64,000 nucleotides of DNA. Origin: Candidatus Thiocaldithrix dubininis. GTDB lineage: Bacteria > Pseudomonadota > Gammaproteobacteria > Thiotrichales > Thiotrichaceae. Of this stretch, positions 40,247 through 52,364 are shown one piece after another (the first letter of the stretch is position 1; each line of letters opens with the position of its first letter). The DNA is taken from positions 2,351,991-2,415,990 of the forward strand of contig CP124755.1 of the NCBI GenBank assembly GCA_029972135.1, read 5' to 3'. Below the pieces are notes generated by a model, which saw only the letters and a program-made list of their open reading frames with translations, did not search any database and had not been told where the DNA came from. Position numbers and translations under genes: made by a program.

Positions 40247-40323
40247 TGGTAGCGGGGGCAGGATTTGAACCTGCGACCTTCGGGTTATGAGCCCGACGAG
40301 CTGCCAGTCTGCTCCACCCCGCA
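40247..40323 (-). tRNA. metY: initiator tRNA-fMet (CAT)
   Basis: 77 nt, near-identical by eye to E. coli tRNA-fMet. The anticodon stem has three G-C pairs flanking CUCAUAA. Position 1:72 is unpaired (here U1/U72). CCA is encoded. It sits upstream of rimP as in E. coli. Confidence 0.93.
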
Positions 40324-40389
40324 TCAGAGGCGCTAACTATACGGAGATTGATGGTTCTTGGCAAGTACTATTTTGCATTTTTCTTTAAA

Positions 40390-40680
40390 TTATCGAATAT
40401 AGCGATAAATGAAACTTGGAAATGCAAATACCATAAATAAGAAGAAGGTCACCCAATAGAATTCCCAATCTTGCGAATGAATCGTACCCGTTGCCTGATA
40501 TTCAACTCCCAATGACAATAAGCCTGCTAACACATATAGAATTAGCCATTCCAATAAACGTAACCAAGGTGATTTATGTGCGCATTCTAGTACTAGAAAA
40601 CAACGCTGGCTTAACCACGGAAGGTTAGCCAGCAGAATTAAAATCGCAATAAACACCCACTGATAAGAACTAGCAACCAT
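40390..40680 (-). CDS. small integral membrane protein coupled to nuoN (possibly DUF2818-like)
   Basis: 96 aa starting at MVASSYQW, with 3-4 hydrophobic helices. Its ATG overlaps the nuoN stop (TAATG). Confidence 0.55.
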   Translation of the reverse strand: MVASSYQWVFIAILILLANLPWLSQRCFLVLECAHKSPWLRLLEWLILYVLAGLLSLGVEYQATGTIHSQDWEFYWVTFFLFMVFAFPSFIYRYIR

Positions 40681-42125
40681 TATAAGCTCGCGACCAATGC
40701 AGCAGTACAAATAGCCATTAATGTACTTGGGAATAAGCCCAACAACAACATTAATAAGCCATTCGCACTTAAGACTACTTTGAAATCTACTTCAGTGGTT
40801 GAAATCGGGCTTTCTATTTCCGGTTTATCGAAGTACATCATTTTAATTGCACGCAAATAGTAGAATGCGCCAATCACTGACATAACTACAATAAACACAG
40901 ATGGCCACAAATAACCGGTTTGAATCATGGCTTGAATAACCGATAGTTTGGCATAGAAACCAACCATTGGTGGAATACCCGCCATTGAAAACAAGATCAG
41001 CAGCATAATGAAAGCATACCAAGGGCTGCGCTCATTTAAACCTCTCAAATCATCTAAGGTTTCGGCATCTAAGCCTTGACGACTTAATAGAATTAAAATC
41101 GCAAAACCACCGGCTGCCGTTAACGCATACGTAATGGTATAGAACAGACCCGCGCTATAGCCTTCCATCGTGCCGGTCATGGCAGCTAATAAGATAAAGC
41201 CCATGTGTGAAATGGTAGAGTATGCAAACATACGCTTTAAATTAAACTGGGCAATCGCCAGCAAATTGCCTAGGAATACAGAGAATAGGCCCAGTAACAA
41301 CAATAATTGCGACCAACCGGGTTGAGCCGCTCCTAAGGATTCAGCTAACACGCGTATTAACATGGCAAACGCTGCCACTTTCGGCACACTACCTAAGAAT
41401 AAGGTAACGGCTGTTGGTGCACCTTGATAGACATCGGGTACCCACATATGAAACGGTACTGCGCCAAACTTAAAGGCAATACCACCGACGATAAACACTA
41501 GCGCAAATAATAAGGGAATATTTTGCAGTACAGGGTTAGCGGCTACATAGGCTGCAATCGCGTGTAACTCTAATTTGCCGCCAGTAATACCGTATAGAAT
41601 AGACATGCCATATAACAACATACCTGAAGCAATAGCGCCTAAAACAAAGTATTTCATGGCGGCTTCTGTCGCGCGGCTGTCGTCACGGCTGAATGCAACT
41701 AAGGCATACATAGATAAAGCGAGTAATTCTAAACCAAGATAAACCAGTAATAAGTTGTTGGCAGAAGCCATCACTAACATACCTAAAACTGAAAATAAGG
41801 CTAAGATGAAGAACTCACTTTTCCATAAACCCTGTTCACGTAGATATTTACGGGCGTAGACAAAGCTAATCGAGGTCAGTAATAAAATACTGATTTTGAG
41901 TAAGCCGCCTAAATCGTCGCGCACGTACATGTCATTCAAGCCTAGTACTTTGTCAGACCCCATTGTGGTTAAGACTAGTAAGGCGGTGGCTAATAAGGCA
42001 ACTTGTGTTAACAAGTAAGTAATCATGCGACCGTCGTCACGCAAGAATAGATCAATGAGCAAAATCAAGCAGATCGTACTCAGCAGGAAAATTTCCGGCA
42101 TGGCAATCGCGATATTCATCATCAT
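40680..42125 (-). CDS. nuoN: NADH-quinone oxidoreductase subunit N
   Basis: Polytopic antiporter-like subunit and the last gene of the nuo operon. Its ATG overlaps the nuoM stop (ATGA). Confidence 0.93.
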   Translation of the reverse strand: MMMNIAIAMPEIFLLSTICLILLIDLFLRDDGRMITYLLTQVALLATALLVLTTMGSDKVLGLNDMYVRDDLGGLLKISILLLTSISFVYARKYLREQGLWKSEFFILALFSVLGMLVMASANNLLLVYLGLELLALSMYALVAFSRDDSRATEAAMKYFVLGAIASGMLLYGMSILYGITGGKLELHAIAAYVAANPVLQNIPLLFALVFIVGGIAFKFGAVPFHMWVPDVYQGAPTAVTLFLGSVPKVAAFAMLIRVLAESLGAAQPGWSQLLLLLGLFSVFLGNLLAIAQFNLKRMFAYSTISHMGFILLAAMTGTMEGYSAGLFYTITYALTAAGGFAILILLSRQGLDAETLDDLRGLNERSPWYAFIMLLILFSMAGIPPMVGFYAKLSVIQAMIQTGYLWPSVFIVVMSVIGAFYYLRAIKMMYFDKPEIESPISTTEVDFKVVLSANGLLMLLLGLFPSTLMAICTAALVASL

Positions 42126-43651
42126 AAGCATCCTCCTACCACGCTTCCCCCGCATTTACTTTGTAACGCTTGCGTTAATAAATGCTCGACAGATACATTC
42201 ATAATATTGGTTAACGGTTCAGGCCATAACCCCACGATTAAGACCGCTGCCGCCAATGCTGCTAACATACCAAATTCGCGTGAGTTAATGTCAGTTAGGT
42301 GTGCAACTTCAGCATTTTTTACATCGCCAAATAACACGCGTTTTACTAACCATAAGGTATAAGCTGCACCGATAATTAAAGTGGTCGCGGCTAAAAACGC
42401 AATCCAGAAGTTGGCTTTAAAGCTGGCTAAAATCACAAAGAACTCACCCACGAAGCCCGATGTACCCGGCAAGCCTGTATTCGCCATTGAGAACAGCACG
42501 AAGAAGGCAGCAAACAATGGCATTTTATTAGCAACACCACCATAAGCATTAATATCGCGGGTATGCATACGGTCATACAACACACCGATACATAAGAACA
42601 TTGCGCCTGAGATAAAGCCGTGCGATACCATTTGCACCATACCACCTTGAATCGCTAAGGCTGCTTCACGCATATCACCACCGCTGGTGATGCTATAAAT
42701 AATGAAGAAGGCAAGGGTGACGAAACCCATGTGTGCAATAGACGAATAAGCAACTAACTTTTTCATATCTTGCTGCACTAAGGCCACAAAACCGATGTAA
42801 ACCACTGCGGTTAATGACATGAAGATGACTAAACCACTGAGATTAGCGGCTGCATCTGGCACGATGGGTAAGGCAAAACGTAGGAACGCATAGCCACCGA
42901 CTTTTAAGGTAATCGCTGCTAATACAACTGAACCTCCGGTCGGTGCTTCAACGTGTGCATCAGGTAACCAAGTGTGTACCGGCCACATAGGCACTTTAAC
43001 CCCGAATGACAGTAAGAACGTCAAGAAGATTAAGGTTTGCGGCACAATGGCTAAGGGTAACTTCTGCATATCGGCGATTTCAAAACTGCCACCGACTTGA
43101 TACAAGTAAACCAAGCTAATCAGCAAAAACACTGAGCCGAAGAAGGTATAGAGGAAGAATTTCATGGTAGCGTATACACGACGCGCCCCACCCCATATCC
43201 CAATAATCAAGAACAGCGGAATTAACATCGCTTCAAACAGAATGTAGAACAGCATAGCGTCTAACGATGCAAATACACCATTCACAATCCCTTCCATAAT
43301 CAAAAAGGCTGCTAAATATTGTGCAATGCGAACTTTAATCACGTCCCAAGCCGCCACTACGACAAAAATCGTAATGAAGCTATTCAGCACAATTAACGGC
43401 ATGGAAAAGCCGTCTACACCTAAATGGTAATTAATATGGAAGCTGCTGATCCACGGTAGCATTTCTTGGAATTGCATATCCGCCGTTGTTCGGTCAAAAC
43501 CGAAAAACAGAATCAGGCTTACTAAGAAAGTAACAACCGTTACTCCCAATGCGAACTGTCTAGGGCCTAGCCGGTCGCCCACTGCTAGCACCCCTAAGCC
43601 ACCCAGAATGGGTAGCCACATCAGCAAACTTAAGATTGGCAAATCAAACAT
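42122..43651 (-). CDS. nuoM: NADH-quinone oxidoreductase subunit M
   Basis: Antiporter-like subunit. The start was chosen at MFDLPILS. Confidence 0.93.
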   Translation of the reverse strand: MFDLPILSLLMWLPILGGLGVLAVGDRLGPRQFALGVTVVTFLVSLILFFGFDRTTADMQFQEMLPWISSFHINYHLGVDGFSMPLIVLNSFITIFVVVAAWDVIKVRIAQYLAAFLIMEGIVNGVFASLDAMLFYILFEAMLIPLFLIIGIWGGARRVYATMKFFLYTFFGSVFLLISLVYLYQVGGSFEIADMQKLPLAIVPQTLIFLTFLLSFGVKVPMWPVHTWLPDAHVEAPTGGSVVLAAITLKVGGYAFLRFALPIVPDAAANLSGLVIFMSLTAVVYIGFVALVQQDMKKLVAYSSIAHMGFVTLAFFIIYSITSGGDMREAALAIQGGMVQMVSHGFISGAMFLCIGVLYDRMHTRDINAYGGVANKMPLFAAFFVLFSMANTGLPGTSGFVGEFFVILASFKANFWIAFLAATTLIIGAAYTLWLVKRVLFGDVKNAEVAHLTDINSREFGMLAALAAAVLIVGLWPEPLTNIMNVSVEHLLTQALQSKCGGSVVGGCL

Positions 43652-43679
43652 GTGTATTTCCAATTAAAATGACAGGGTG

Positions 43680-45710
43680 CTACGAAAATAAGAACCACGT
43701 CAGTACAACGATGAGTCCTAAAATCATGGCGAAGGCATAATGATAGAGATAACCGGTTTGTAAGTGACGCAGCACATTAGCAGACCAACCTACTACCCGT
43801 GCCGAACCATTTACGACCAAGCCATCAATCAAGACACGCTCACCTAACGCCCACAGTCCATTCCCTAAATAAACCGAACCTTTTGCAAACACATTTTGGT
43901 TGAAATCGTCTGCATAATATTTGCGATCTAATAAGGTATATAACCAATGGAATTTGTTGTATGCCCAGTTCGCCAACGAATTATCTTTCAAATAAATATA
44001 AGCGGCTAAACCTACACCTGAGATAGATAACCAGAACGGCCATTGGGTTAAACCGTGCAAGATGAAGTTGAATGCACCGTGATATTCTTCGGTAATCGTT
44101 TGAATCGCATTATGTTGTGATAACAAACTGGCCAAACCCGGATCGAAACCGTGTGCAGCATCATTCACATAAATTGCATCGTGGAAGAAGTTGCCTACTA
44201 CCATTGGGTCGATTAAATAACCCGCAAAAATAGAAGGAATCGCCAATAAGATTAATGGCATGGTAACAACCCAAGGGGATTCATGCGGTTTTCCGCCATG
44301 TCCGTGACCGTGGTCGTCATGTCCATGCCCGTGATCATCATGCGTATCAAAACGTTCTTTACCGTGGAACACTAAGAAGAACATACGGAAACTATAGAAC
44401 GCCGTAACGAAGACACCTAACAACACTAAAGGATATGCATAGCTGGCAGCGCCTAATTGCGATTCGTGAATCGCTTCGATAATCACGTCTTTAGAGAAGA
44501 AGCCAGAGAAGCCGGGGAAACCGATCAAGGCTAATGAACCAATTAAAGAAGTCCAGTAAGTAATGGGCATGTATTTTTTCAAGCCACCCATTTTACGAAT
44601 ATCTTGTTCATGATGCATTGCCATAATGACTGAACCGGCTGCTAAGAATAACAAGGCTTTGAAGAACGCATGCGTCATTAAGTGGAACACACCCGCCGAG
44701 TAAGCCGATGCACCTAACGCAGCCGTCATATAACCCAATTGTGATAAGGTTGAGTAGGCAACCACACGCTTAATATCGTTTTGTACGATACCCACCAAGC
44801 CCATAAAGAAGGCAGTAGTCGCACCGATGACCATTACAAAGTTTAAGGCAGTATCGGATAATTCAAAGATAGGCGACATCCGCGCTACCATGAAGATACC
44901 TGCTGTTACCATTGTGGCGGCATGGATTAAGGCAGAAATTGGCGTTGGACCTTCCATTGAATCGGGTAGCCACACATGTAACGGTACTTGTGCCGATTTA
45001 CCCATTGCCCCAATGAATAATAAAATTGCAATAAAGGTTGGCACTTTCCAGTCAATACCCGGTAATACGGATAAGGTGCTTGTGCCTGCATATTCACCGA
45101 TGCGTGCGAAGGTTTCGGCATAATCCAATGTGCCACAAAACGCTAATACACCACCAATGCCTAATACAAATCCAAAGTCACCAACCCGGTTGACCAAAAA
45201 CGCTTTCATATTGGCGAATATTGCGGTCTCTTTCTTAAACCAGAAGCCAATCAGCAAATAAGAGACTAAACCCACAGCTTCCCAACCAAAGAATAGCTGC
45301 ATGAAGTTATTACTCATGACCAGCATTAACATGGAGAAGGTAAACAATGAGATGTAGCTGAAGAAACGTTGATACCCCGGATCATCATGCATATAGCCAA
45401 TGGTATAAATATGTACCATTAATGACACGAAGGTCACCACGATCATCATCATGGAACTGAGGTTATCAATTAAGAAACCCACCTCGAAACGAATGTTTTC
45501 AACAATCGCCCAAGTGTAAACCGTACCATTATAAGTATGACCGCCGCCCATTGTATGGAACGCGACAATAACCGATAAGATAAAGGCTAACCCTACACCC
45601 GCAATCGTAACACGATGCGAATTAGTACGCCCTAACTTCTTACCAAATAGACCCGCTGCAATTGCACCAAATAAAGGTGCTAGGGGAATTAATAGATAAA
45701 TAAATTCCAT
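43680..45710 (-). CDS. nuoL: NADH-quinone oxidoreductase subunit L
   Basis: 676 aa antiporter-like subunit with a C-terminal lateral-helix region. It contains a His/Asp-rich loop (HDDHGHGHDDHGHGHG). Confidence 0.94.
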   Translation of the reverse strand: MEFIYLLIPLAPLFGAIAAGLFGKKLGRTNSHRVTIAGVGLAFILSVIVAFHTMGGGHTYNGTVYTWAIVENIRFEVGFLIDNLSSMMMIVVTFVSLMVHIYTIGYMHDDPGYQRFFSYISLFTFSMLMLVMSNNFMQLFFGWEAVGLVSYLLIGFWFKKETAIFANMKAFLVNRVGDFGFVLGIGGVLAFCGTLDYAETFARIGEYAGTSTLSVLPGIDWKVPTFIAILLFIGAMGKSAQVPLHVWLPDSMEGPTPISALIHAATMVTAGIFMVARMSPIFELSDTALNFVMVIGATTAFFMGLVGIVQNDIKRVVAYSTLSQLGYMTAALGASAYSAGVFHLMTHAFFKALLFLAAGSVIMAMHHEQDIRKMGGLKKYMPITYWTSLIGSLALIGFPGFSGFFSKDVIIEAIHESQLGAASYAYPLVLLGVFVTAFYSFRMFFLVFHGKERFDTHDDHGHGHDDHGHGHGGKPHESPWVVTMPLILLAIPSIFAGYLIDPMVVGNFFHDAIYVNDAAHGFDPGLASLLSQHNAIQTITEEYHGAFNFILHGLTQWPFWLSISGVGLAAYIYLKDNSLANWAYNKFHWLYTLLDRKYYADDFNQNVFAKGSVYLGNGLWALGERVLIDGLVVNGSARVVGWSANVLRHLQTGYLYHYAFAMILGLIVVLTWFLFS

Positions 45711-45713
45711 TGC

Positions 45714-46019
45714 TTACCCCTTTAATGTATCCAAATCTTGAACATCAATGGTACGGCGGTTACGGAATACCAATACCAAAATCGCTAAACCGATGGCAGT
45801 TTCAGCCGCTGCGACAGTCAATATGAAAAATACGAACACTTGACCGGATAAGTCGCCTAAATAATAGGAGAATGCGACGAAGTTCATATTGACCGATAGC
45901 AACATCAGTTCAATACACATCAATAGAATCAAGACGTTTTTACGATTCAGGAACATACCTGCCACGCTGATCGAGAACAACAAAGCTCCAACAACCAGAT
46001 AGTTTGATAATGGAATCAT
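45714..46019 (-). CDS. nuoK: NADH-quinone oxidoreductase subunit K
   Basis: 101 aa with three TM helices, in operon order. Confidence 0.93.
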   Translation of the reverse strand: MIPLSNYLVVGALLFSISVAGMFLNRKNVLILLMCIELMLLSVNMNFVAFSYYLGDLSGQVFVFFILTVAAAETAIGLAILVLVFRNRRTIDVQDLDTLKG

Positions 46020-46021
46020 GC

Positions 46022-46606
46022 TTATTTCTCGGCCTTCATTTTAACTAAACGTACCCGATCTTCGCGGCGTACTTGAATTTGTTTAGGTACATCTTGCGAT
46101 TTAGCGTCTGGACGACGGCGCAAGGTCAAAACAATTGCAGCAATAATCGCTACAACTAAAATAACCGATGCAATTTCAAACGGATAAACATAATCAGTAT
46201 ATAAAATTTCACCTAAGGCTTCGGTATTGTTAGCCGGTAAGGCTGCCAGCGGTTGTTCAATTTTGAAAGCTGGCATGTTTAAGACCAGAATCATTTCCAC
46301 CGCAATAATTAAAGCAGCTCCTAACCCCACGGGTAGATAGCGGATGAAACCTTCCTTGAGCAGATCTAGATTCAAATCCAACATCATAATGACGAACAGG
46401 AATAACACCATGACCGCGCCGACATACACCAGCACTAACACCACACCTAAGAATTCAGCGCCGGTCAATAACCACAGGGCTGAACTGGTAAAGAAAGCCA
46501 AAATTAAACATAACGCCGCGTAGACGGGGTTACGTACAGTCACCACACCAACAGCAGACGCAATCAGCACAGCGGAAAAGACATAAAAGATAAATTGCTG
46601 AAACAT
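46022..46606 (-). CDS. nuoJ: NADH-quinone oxidoreductase subunit J
   Basis: 194 aa membrane subunit, in operon order. Confidence 0.9.
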   Translation of the reverse strand: MFQQFIFYVFSAVLIASAVGVVTVRNPVYAALCLILAFFTSSALWLLTGAEFLGVVLVLVYVGAVMVLFLFVIMMLDLNLDLLKEGFIRYLPVGLGAALIIAVEMILVLNMPAFKIEQPLAALPANNTEALGEILYTDYVYPFEIASVILVVAIIAAIVLTLRRRPDAKSQDVPKQIQVRREDRVRLVKMKAEK

Positions 46607-46618
46607 GCTGATAACCTC

Positions 46619-47110
46619 TTAGCGGTAGGGCGCGTCTGCGGCTTTCATCTGTTCGATTTCAGCCTCATATTTATCACCAACAGCTAATAGCTTTTCCTTA
46701 GTTTGGATGTTCTCGCCGCGATGCTCAAAGTGGTACTCAAAAAGTTTGGTTTCCACAATCGCATCTACCGGACACGCTTCTTCACAGAACCCGCAATAGA
46801 TACATTTAAACATATCAATATCATAGCGAGTGGTGCGGCGTGTACCATCTGGGCGTTCTTCCAAATCAATAGTAATCGCTAGAGCTGGACAAACTGCTTC
46901 ACATAGCTTACAGGCAATGCAACGCTCTTCACCGTTTGGATAACGGCGTAAGGCATGATGTCCTCGAAAGCGAGGTGATAATGGCGTTTTTTGTTCGGGA
47001 TACTGCACCGTAATTTTACGTGCCGTAAAATATTTTCCCGTAACGCTCAAACCTTGCAACAGCTCATATAAGCTGAATGACTTGAGGTAATATTTAAAGT
47101 TAAAACCCAT
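46619..47110 (-). CDS. nuoI: NADH-quinone oxidoreductase subunit I
   Basis: Two 4Fe-4S motifs, [12 protein letters not shown] and [12 protein letters not shown]. The start was chosen at MGFNFKYY. Confidence 0.94.
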   Translation of the reverse strand: MGFNFKYYLKSFSLYELLQGLSVTGKYFTARKITVQYPEQKTPLSPRFRGHHALRRYPNGEERCIACKLCEAVCPALAITIDLEERPDGTRRTTRYDIDMFKCIYCGFCEEACPVDAIVETKLFEYHFEHRGENIQTKEKLLAVGDKYEAEIEQMKAADAPYR

Positions 47111-47123
47111 TCCCCTCTCCTTC

Positions 47124-48194
47124 TTAGGACAACCAAGGCTGCCAACCAATCGCGATGGCAATACCTTCTGCAAAGATCCACACTAAGGTTACCGGGATTA
47201 ACACTTTCCAACCTAAACGCATGATTTGGTCATAGCGATAACGTGGGAAAGTGGCACGGAACCAGAGGAACATAAATAAGAACACAAAGGCTTTGAGAAT
47301 TAACCAATGCAAACCATTGCCAAAGAACACACCTAACACTGGCATATTGGTTAAGAAATCTAAACCTTGAAACGGTGATAACCAGCCACCCAAAAATAGC
47401 GTAGAGGTTAAAGCCGAAATTAAAATCATATTGGCGTATTCGGCTAAGAAGAACAGCGCGAAACCCATACCGGAGTATTCTACGTGGAAACCCGCCACGA
47501 TTTCGGATTCCCCTTCCGCAACGTCAAATGGCGCACGGTTGGTTTCGGCAACCCCTGAAATGAAATACACCAAAAACAAGCCGAATAATGGCCAGACAAA
47601 CCAGCTAAAAATACTGCCGGATTGCGCCTTAACGATGTCGTTTAGATTTAAGCTGCCTGCTGCCATTAACACGCCAACCAAGGCAAAGCCCATCGCAATT
47701 TCATAAGACACCATTTGCGCCCCGACCCGCATCGCACTTAATTGCGCATATTTGGAGTTGGATGCCCAACCTGCAATGATAATGCCGTAAACACCTAAGG
47801 AGGTCAGTGCCAATAAGAACAGCAAACCTGCATTAATGTTGGCTAATACCATACCATCGCCAAAGGGAATCACTGACCATGCTGCAAAGGCAGGCACTAA
47901 AGCCAACATCGGTGCAATTATGAATAAGTAGTAATTGGATTTAGCAGGGCGTACCACTTCTTTAAAAATTAATTTAAATAAGTCGGCAAACGGTTGGAAT
48001 AGACCCAAAGGTCCGACCCGATTAGGCCCAATCCGTACCTGCATAAAGCCGATAACTTTACGTTCAGCGTAAGTGGTATAGGCGACCGTAATAATCAACG
48101 GTAATAAAATCACAATGATTTTCAGCAGGATAGTAATCACGGTTACTAACCAATCCGGGAAAAACCCACTTAAGAATTGTGTTAAAGCTTCCAT
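47124..48194 (-). CDS. nuoH: NADH-quinone oxidoreductase subunit H
   Basis: 356 aa with [19 protein letters not shown]. Confidence 0.95.
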   Translation of the reverse strand: MEALTQFLSGFFPDWLVTVITILLKIIVILLPLIITVAYTTYAERKVIGFMQVRIGPNRVGPLGLFQPFADLFKLIFKEVVRPAKSNYYLFIIAPMLALVPAFAAWSVIPFGDGMVLANINAGLLFLLALTSLGVYGIIIAGWASNSKYAQLSAMRVGAQMVSYEIAMGFALVGVLMAAGSLNLNDIVKAQSGSIFSWFVWPLFGLFLVYFISGVAETNRAPFDVAEGESEIVAGFHVEYSGMGFALFFLAEYANMILISALTSTLFLGGWLSPFQGLDFLTNMPVLGVFFGNGLHWLILKAFVFLFMFLWFRATFPRYRYDQIMRLGWKVLIPVTLVWIFAEGIAIAIGWQPWLS

Positions 48195-48202
48195 TGTTCC
48201 CC

Positions 48203-50569
48203 CTAGCCTACTTTACTCAGTTGTACTAAGCCGAACGCATTTAAAGCGGCGGTCGCGGCATAACCAGCAGCTAAGCCAACTGTTCCGACTGCAATCTCAG
48301 TCGACAGTTGTACCGCTAAGTTAACGCTAACCTCAGCCTGACTAACTTGTAGCGTATCGCCGTCTTGTACACCTAAATTCGCTGCATCACTTGGGTTCAA
48401 TTCAACCACAGCAGGCTCTACCGTTTCCTGTAAAGCTTCAGCGCGGCGAACTAAACCATCTTCACGATACAATCTGACATACGCTACCCGTTCAAATTGC
48501 CCATTGCTGGCTTGTGGCAACGCAACAGGGTTGACAGGGCTTAAGGTGTAATTGTTGTCACGACCATTTTCTTCAAACAGTTCAGCTTTCAATTCGGCTG
48601 CCACTTCGTCAGCATGCACCCAATCAAACTCATGTACTCCAGCGGTATTACCTAATACGCGCAAAACTTTCCATGTGGGACGCGCATCACCGACGGGTTC
48701 AGTCGCACCTTGGAATGTTTGCCAATTGCCTTCCGCATTACAGTATGTACCAGCCGTTTCAGCAAAGGTTGAACCGGGTAAAATAACGGTTGCATTGTCT
48801 AATACGGCTTGATCCGCAAACGCGCCAATCACAATTACATTATTCGCATTTGCTAAGCTTTGCGCCGCTTGCGCAGGATTCGCAAAATCAGCCGTTTCGG
48901 TATTCAGCAATACGAACGTACTTGTATTTTGCAACATAGCGGTTAGCGTCGCGCCAGTTTGCTTTAACTCACGACCAGCAGATAAGCGATGTGGTACAAC
49001 CCCAGCTAACCATGCACCCACGCTATTAGCACTTTCGGGTAAGTAACCGAGTTTCGCACCTGTTTGCGCAGCAATCACCGATGCCAAGGCGCGTAATGTG
49101 CCAAAAGCTGGATGTTGTACGGCTAAATTACCGAGCAATACCAGTTTATTCGCTGCCTCTTTTAAGCCCGCGACGGTAGCGCGATCTGCATCACTGCTAT
49201 CAACGCCATTTAAAACCTCAACGAGCTCAGCAGGCATAGCCGCTTGATTCACTTCTAAACTGGCTTTAGCTAAGCCTGCCAATGCTGCAACTAACGCAGA
49301 CGGGGCAGCCACGATTTGTTCAGCCGGATAATTGAAGTCGAAACCACGCGGGTTAAGTGCGGTAATTTTAGCGCCTTTCAATGCGGCTTTACGCAAACGA
49401 TGATTGAATAAAGGTTGCTCTTGACGAACATTTGAACCGATTAATAACACCGCATTTTGTTGCTCTAACTCAGCGATTTTCACGCCTAAAGTAGGGCTAA
49501 CAGGGGCAAACGCTTGGTCAGAGAAATCTAATTGACGTAACCGATGTTCGATATTGCGAATATTTAAACCGCGCATTAGGCGTTGGAATAAATACAGTTC
49601 TTCTAAAGTCGAAGTGGGGTTCGCCAACGCTGCCACTTTAGAAGTATCCGCGCTACGTAAAATATCAGCCGCCGCAATTAAGGCTTCTTCCCAAGTAACC
49701 GCCACCAATTGACCGTCACGTCTAACCATCGGTTTGCTTAAACGATCTTTGCTGTAAATGCCTTGATAACTAAAGCGGTCGCGATCCGATAACCAACATT
49801 CATTAATACTGTCATTTTCACGCGGTACACAACGCACTACTTCTTTACGGAAGGTGTGCAGTTCAATATTAGAACCTACTGAATCATGCGGCGCAATTGA
49901 GTCATGCGCTTTCATTTCCCAAGCACGCGCTTTATAACGAGACGGCTTTGCGGTTAATGCACCCACCGGACACAAGTCGATAATATTGGCGGATAACTCG
50001 GATTTCAGTGACTTCTTAATGAACGTGCCAATTTCCAAGCGGTCGCCCCGGAAAATACCACCCATTTCGCGCATCCCCGCAATTTCTGCACCGAAGCGCA
50101 CACAACGGGTACACTGAATGCAGCGGGTCATTTCAGTTTCGACTAAAGGACCAATGGATTTATCCGGTACAACCCGTTTAATTTCGTGATAATGGGAATG
50201 GTTTTGACCGTAAGCAACGGAAATATCTTGTAGCTCACATTCACCGCCTTGGTCACAAATCGGACAATCAAGCGGGTGATTAATCAGCAAAAACTCCATA
50301 ATAGCTTTTTGCGCATTACGAGCTTTTTCAGATTTTGTCCAAAATTTCATACCTGCGCCTACAGGGGTAGCACAAGCAGGGACGGGTTTGAAGGATTTTT
50401 CCATCTCTACTAAGCACATACGGCAGTTAGCAGCGACGGACAGTTTTTTGTGATAACAAAAACGCGGAATCTTGATGTTATTCGCATCCGCAACGTCGAT
50501 CAGCATTGAACCTTTTGGTACTTCATACGACTGATCGTTAATTTCAATTGTGACGAGTTCTTGTGTCAT
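48203..50569 (-). CDS. nuoG: NADH-quinone oxidoreductase subunit G
   Basis: 788 aa with N-terminal 2Fe-2S/4Fe-4S Cys clusters ([18 protein letters not shown]; [10 protein letters not shown]) and a molybdopterin-like fold. Confidence 0.95.
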   Translation of the reverse strand: MTQELVTIEINDQSYEVPKGSMLIDVADANNIKIPRFCYHKKLSVAANCRMCLVEMEKSFKPVPACATPVGAGMKFWTKSEKARNAQKAIMEFLLINHPLDCPICDQGGECELQDISVAYGQNHSHYHEIKRVVPDKSIGPLVETEMTRCIQCTRCVRFGAEIAGMREMGGIFRGDRLEIGTFIKKSLKSELSANIIDLCPVGALTAKPSRYKARAWEMKAHDSIAPHDSVGSNIELHTFRKEVVRCVPRENDSINECWLSDRDRFSYQGIYSKDRLSKPMVRRDGQLVAVTWEEALIAAADILRSADTSKVAALANPTSTLEELYLFQRLMRGLNIRNIEHRLRQLDFSDQAFAPVSPTLGVKIAELEQQNAVLLIGSNVRQEQPLFNHRLRKAALKGAKITALNPRGFDFNYPAEQIVAAPSALVAALAGLAKASLEVNQAAMPAELVEVLNGVDSSDADRATVAGLKEAANKLVLLGNLAVQHPAFGTLRALASVIAAQTGAKLGYLPESANSVGAWLAGVVPHRLSAGRELKQTGATLTAMLQNTSTFVLLNTETADFANPAQAAQSLANANNVIVIGAFADQAVLDNATVILPGSTFAETAGTYCNAEGNWQTFQGATEPVGDARPTWKVLRVLGNTAGVHEFDWVHADEVAAELKAELFEENGRDNNYTLSPVNPVALPQASNGQFERVAYVRLYREDGLVRRAEALQETVEPAVVELNPSDAANLGVQDGDTLQVSQAEVSVNLAVQLSTEIAVGTVGLAAGYAATAALNAFGLVQLSKVG

Positions 50570-50572
50570 GCT

Positions 50573-51853
50573 TTACCCCTGCGCCACCATACTGCGTCCG
50601 TGTTCGACGTAGTATTCAAATTCTTCGCGGAAGTTTTTAATAAAACTCCAGACTGGCATTGCGGCTGCTTCGCCTAGTGCACAGATGGAACGCCCTTCAA
50701 TATTGTGCGAAACATCTTCTAGGCGCGTAATGTCTTCCGGCGTACCTTTACCTTCCACAATTCGAGTTAACAAGCGATATAACCAGCCTGTGCCTTCACG
50801 ACAAGGCGTACATTGACCGCAAGACTCTGAAAAATAGAAGCGGGAAATGCGTTGCAGCACTTTCACCATATCCGTGCTGTCGTCCATTACAATGACAGCG
50901 CCCGAACCCAAGTATGAACCGGCTTTGGCAATGGAATCATAATCCATATTCAAGCCCATCATAATTTCGCCTTTTAGCACTGGAACAGATGAACCACCGG
51001 GAATAACCGCTTTCAATTTGCGACCGTTGCGCACGCCTCCCGCCATTTTTAACAGCTCAGAGAACGGCGTACCCATTGGAATTTCAAAGTTACCCGGGTT
51101 ATTCAGGTGACCTGACATTGAGAATAATTTCTCGCCGCCAGAATTCGCCACGCCTAAATCCGCAAACCATTTACCACCATTACGCATAATCGTGGCAATC
51201 GAGGATAAGGTTTCGGTATTGTTAATGGTAGTTGGCCGACCGTATAACCCAAAGCTTGCTGGAAACGGCGGTTTAAAACGTGGTTGACCTTTTTTGCCTT
51301 CCAACGATTCTAATAAGGCTGTCTCCTCACCGCAGACGTAAGCACCTGCACCCAATGAGCCGTGTAGATCAAAATCTACGCCAGAACCTTGAATATTTTT
51401 GCCTAATAAGCCCAGTTCGTAAGCTTCTTTTACCGCTTGTTCAAAGCGAATAAAAGGCTCATCCATGAACTCGCCGCGCATGTAGTTATAACCCACGGTT
51501 GCACCGATTGAATAACCGGCAATCGCCATGCCTTCTACCAGTGCGTGTGGATTGAAACGCAGAATATCACGGTCTTTACACGTACCCGGTTCGGATTCAT
51601 CCGAGTTACAAACAATGTATTTTTGTCCCGGCATGGTACGCGGCATAAAGCTCCACTTTAAGCCAGTCGGAAAGCCCGCACCACCACGCCCGCGTAGACC
51701 AGACGATTTAATTTCTTCGATAACCACTTCGGGCGGCGTCTTTTCCGCTAAGATTTTGCGCCACGCCTGATAGCCACCGATTTTCAGGTAGCTTTCTAAA
51801 GTATGCGCTTGATCACCGAATTGTAAGGTTGTAAAACAGACTTGATTTGCCAT
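50573..51853 (-). CDS. nuoF: NADH-quinone oxidoreductase subunit F
   Basis: 426 aa with [35 protein letters not shown] and [11 protein letters not shown]. Confidence 0.96.
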   Translation of the reverse strand: MANQVCFTTLQFGDQAHTLESYLKIGGYQAWRKILAEKTPPEVVIEEIKSSGLRGRGGAGFPTGLKWSFMPRTMPGQKYIVCNSDESEPGTCKDRDILRFNPHALVEGMAIAGYSIGATVGYNYMRGEFMDEPFIRFEQAVKEAYELGLLGKNIQGSGVDFDLHGSLGAGAYVCGEETALLESLEGKKGQPRFKPPFPASFGLYGRPTTINNTETLSSIATIMRNGGKWFADLGVANSGGEKLFSMSGHLNNPGNFEIPMGTPFSELLKMAGGVRNGRKLKAVIPGGSSVPVLKGEIMMGLNMDYDSIAKAGSYLGSGAVIVMDDSTDMVKVLQRISRFYFSESCGQCTPCREGTGWLYRLLTRIVEGKGTPEDITRLEDVSHNIEGRSICALGEAAAMPVWSFIKNFREEFEYYVEHGRSMVAQG

Positions 51854-51857
51854 GTGC

Positions 51858-52364
51858 TTACTCCAGTCCGTCTAGAATTTGATCCACTTTTTCAGGGGTC
51901 AAATGCGTGTGATAAACGTGGTTGACTTGCATCATGGGTGCAGAGCTACACGCGGCTAGGCATTCTTCTTCCATTTTAATAAAGAATTTACCGTCTGGCG
52001 TAGCTTGTCCTAATTTCACACCCAATTTGTTTTCAATATGATCCAAAATCTTATCTGAACCACATAACATGCAAGACACATTGGTACAAACTGAAATACT
52101 GTATTTAGCTGCCGCTTTCTTATCCAATTCATACATGGAATAGAAACTGGCAACCTCATACACTGCAATCGCTGGCAAGCCTAAATAATCGGCTACCGCA
52201 TCCATTTTTTCGACTGAAAGATAATGATCTTCATGCATAACTGCACGCAAAGCCGCTAATAAAGCCGACTGCTTTCTGTCTTCTGGATAACGTTTTAACC
52301 AGCTATCAATTTCTTCCCGCTCGTGATGGCTGAGAAGATCGCTCTTACGCTTAAGTTCTGTCAT
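51858..52364 (-). CDS. nuoE: NADH-quinone oxidoreductase subunit E
   Basis: 168 aa with 2Fe-2S ligands ([11 protein letters not shown] ... CLAACSSAP). Confidence 0.94.
   Translation of the reverse strand: MTELKRKSDLLSHHEREEIDSWLKRYPEDRKQSALLAALRAVMHEDHYLSVEKMDAVADYLGLPAIAVYEVASFYSMYELDKKAAAKYSISVCTNVSCMLCGSDKILDHIENKLGVKLGQATPDGKFFIKMEEECLAACSSAPMMQVNHVYHTHLTPEKVDQILDGLE

Noticed and set aside
44286-44346. His/Asp-rich repeat HDDHGHGHDDHGHGHG in NuoL, considered as a possible insertion or metal-binding novelty
   Set aside because: It sits in a loop region that varies between lineages, it is in frame, and it is short. I have no basis to call it more than a low-complexity loop.
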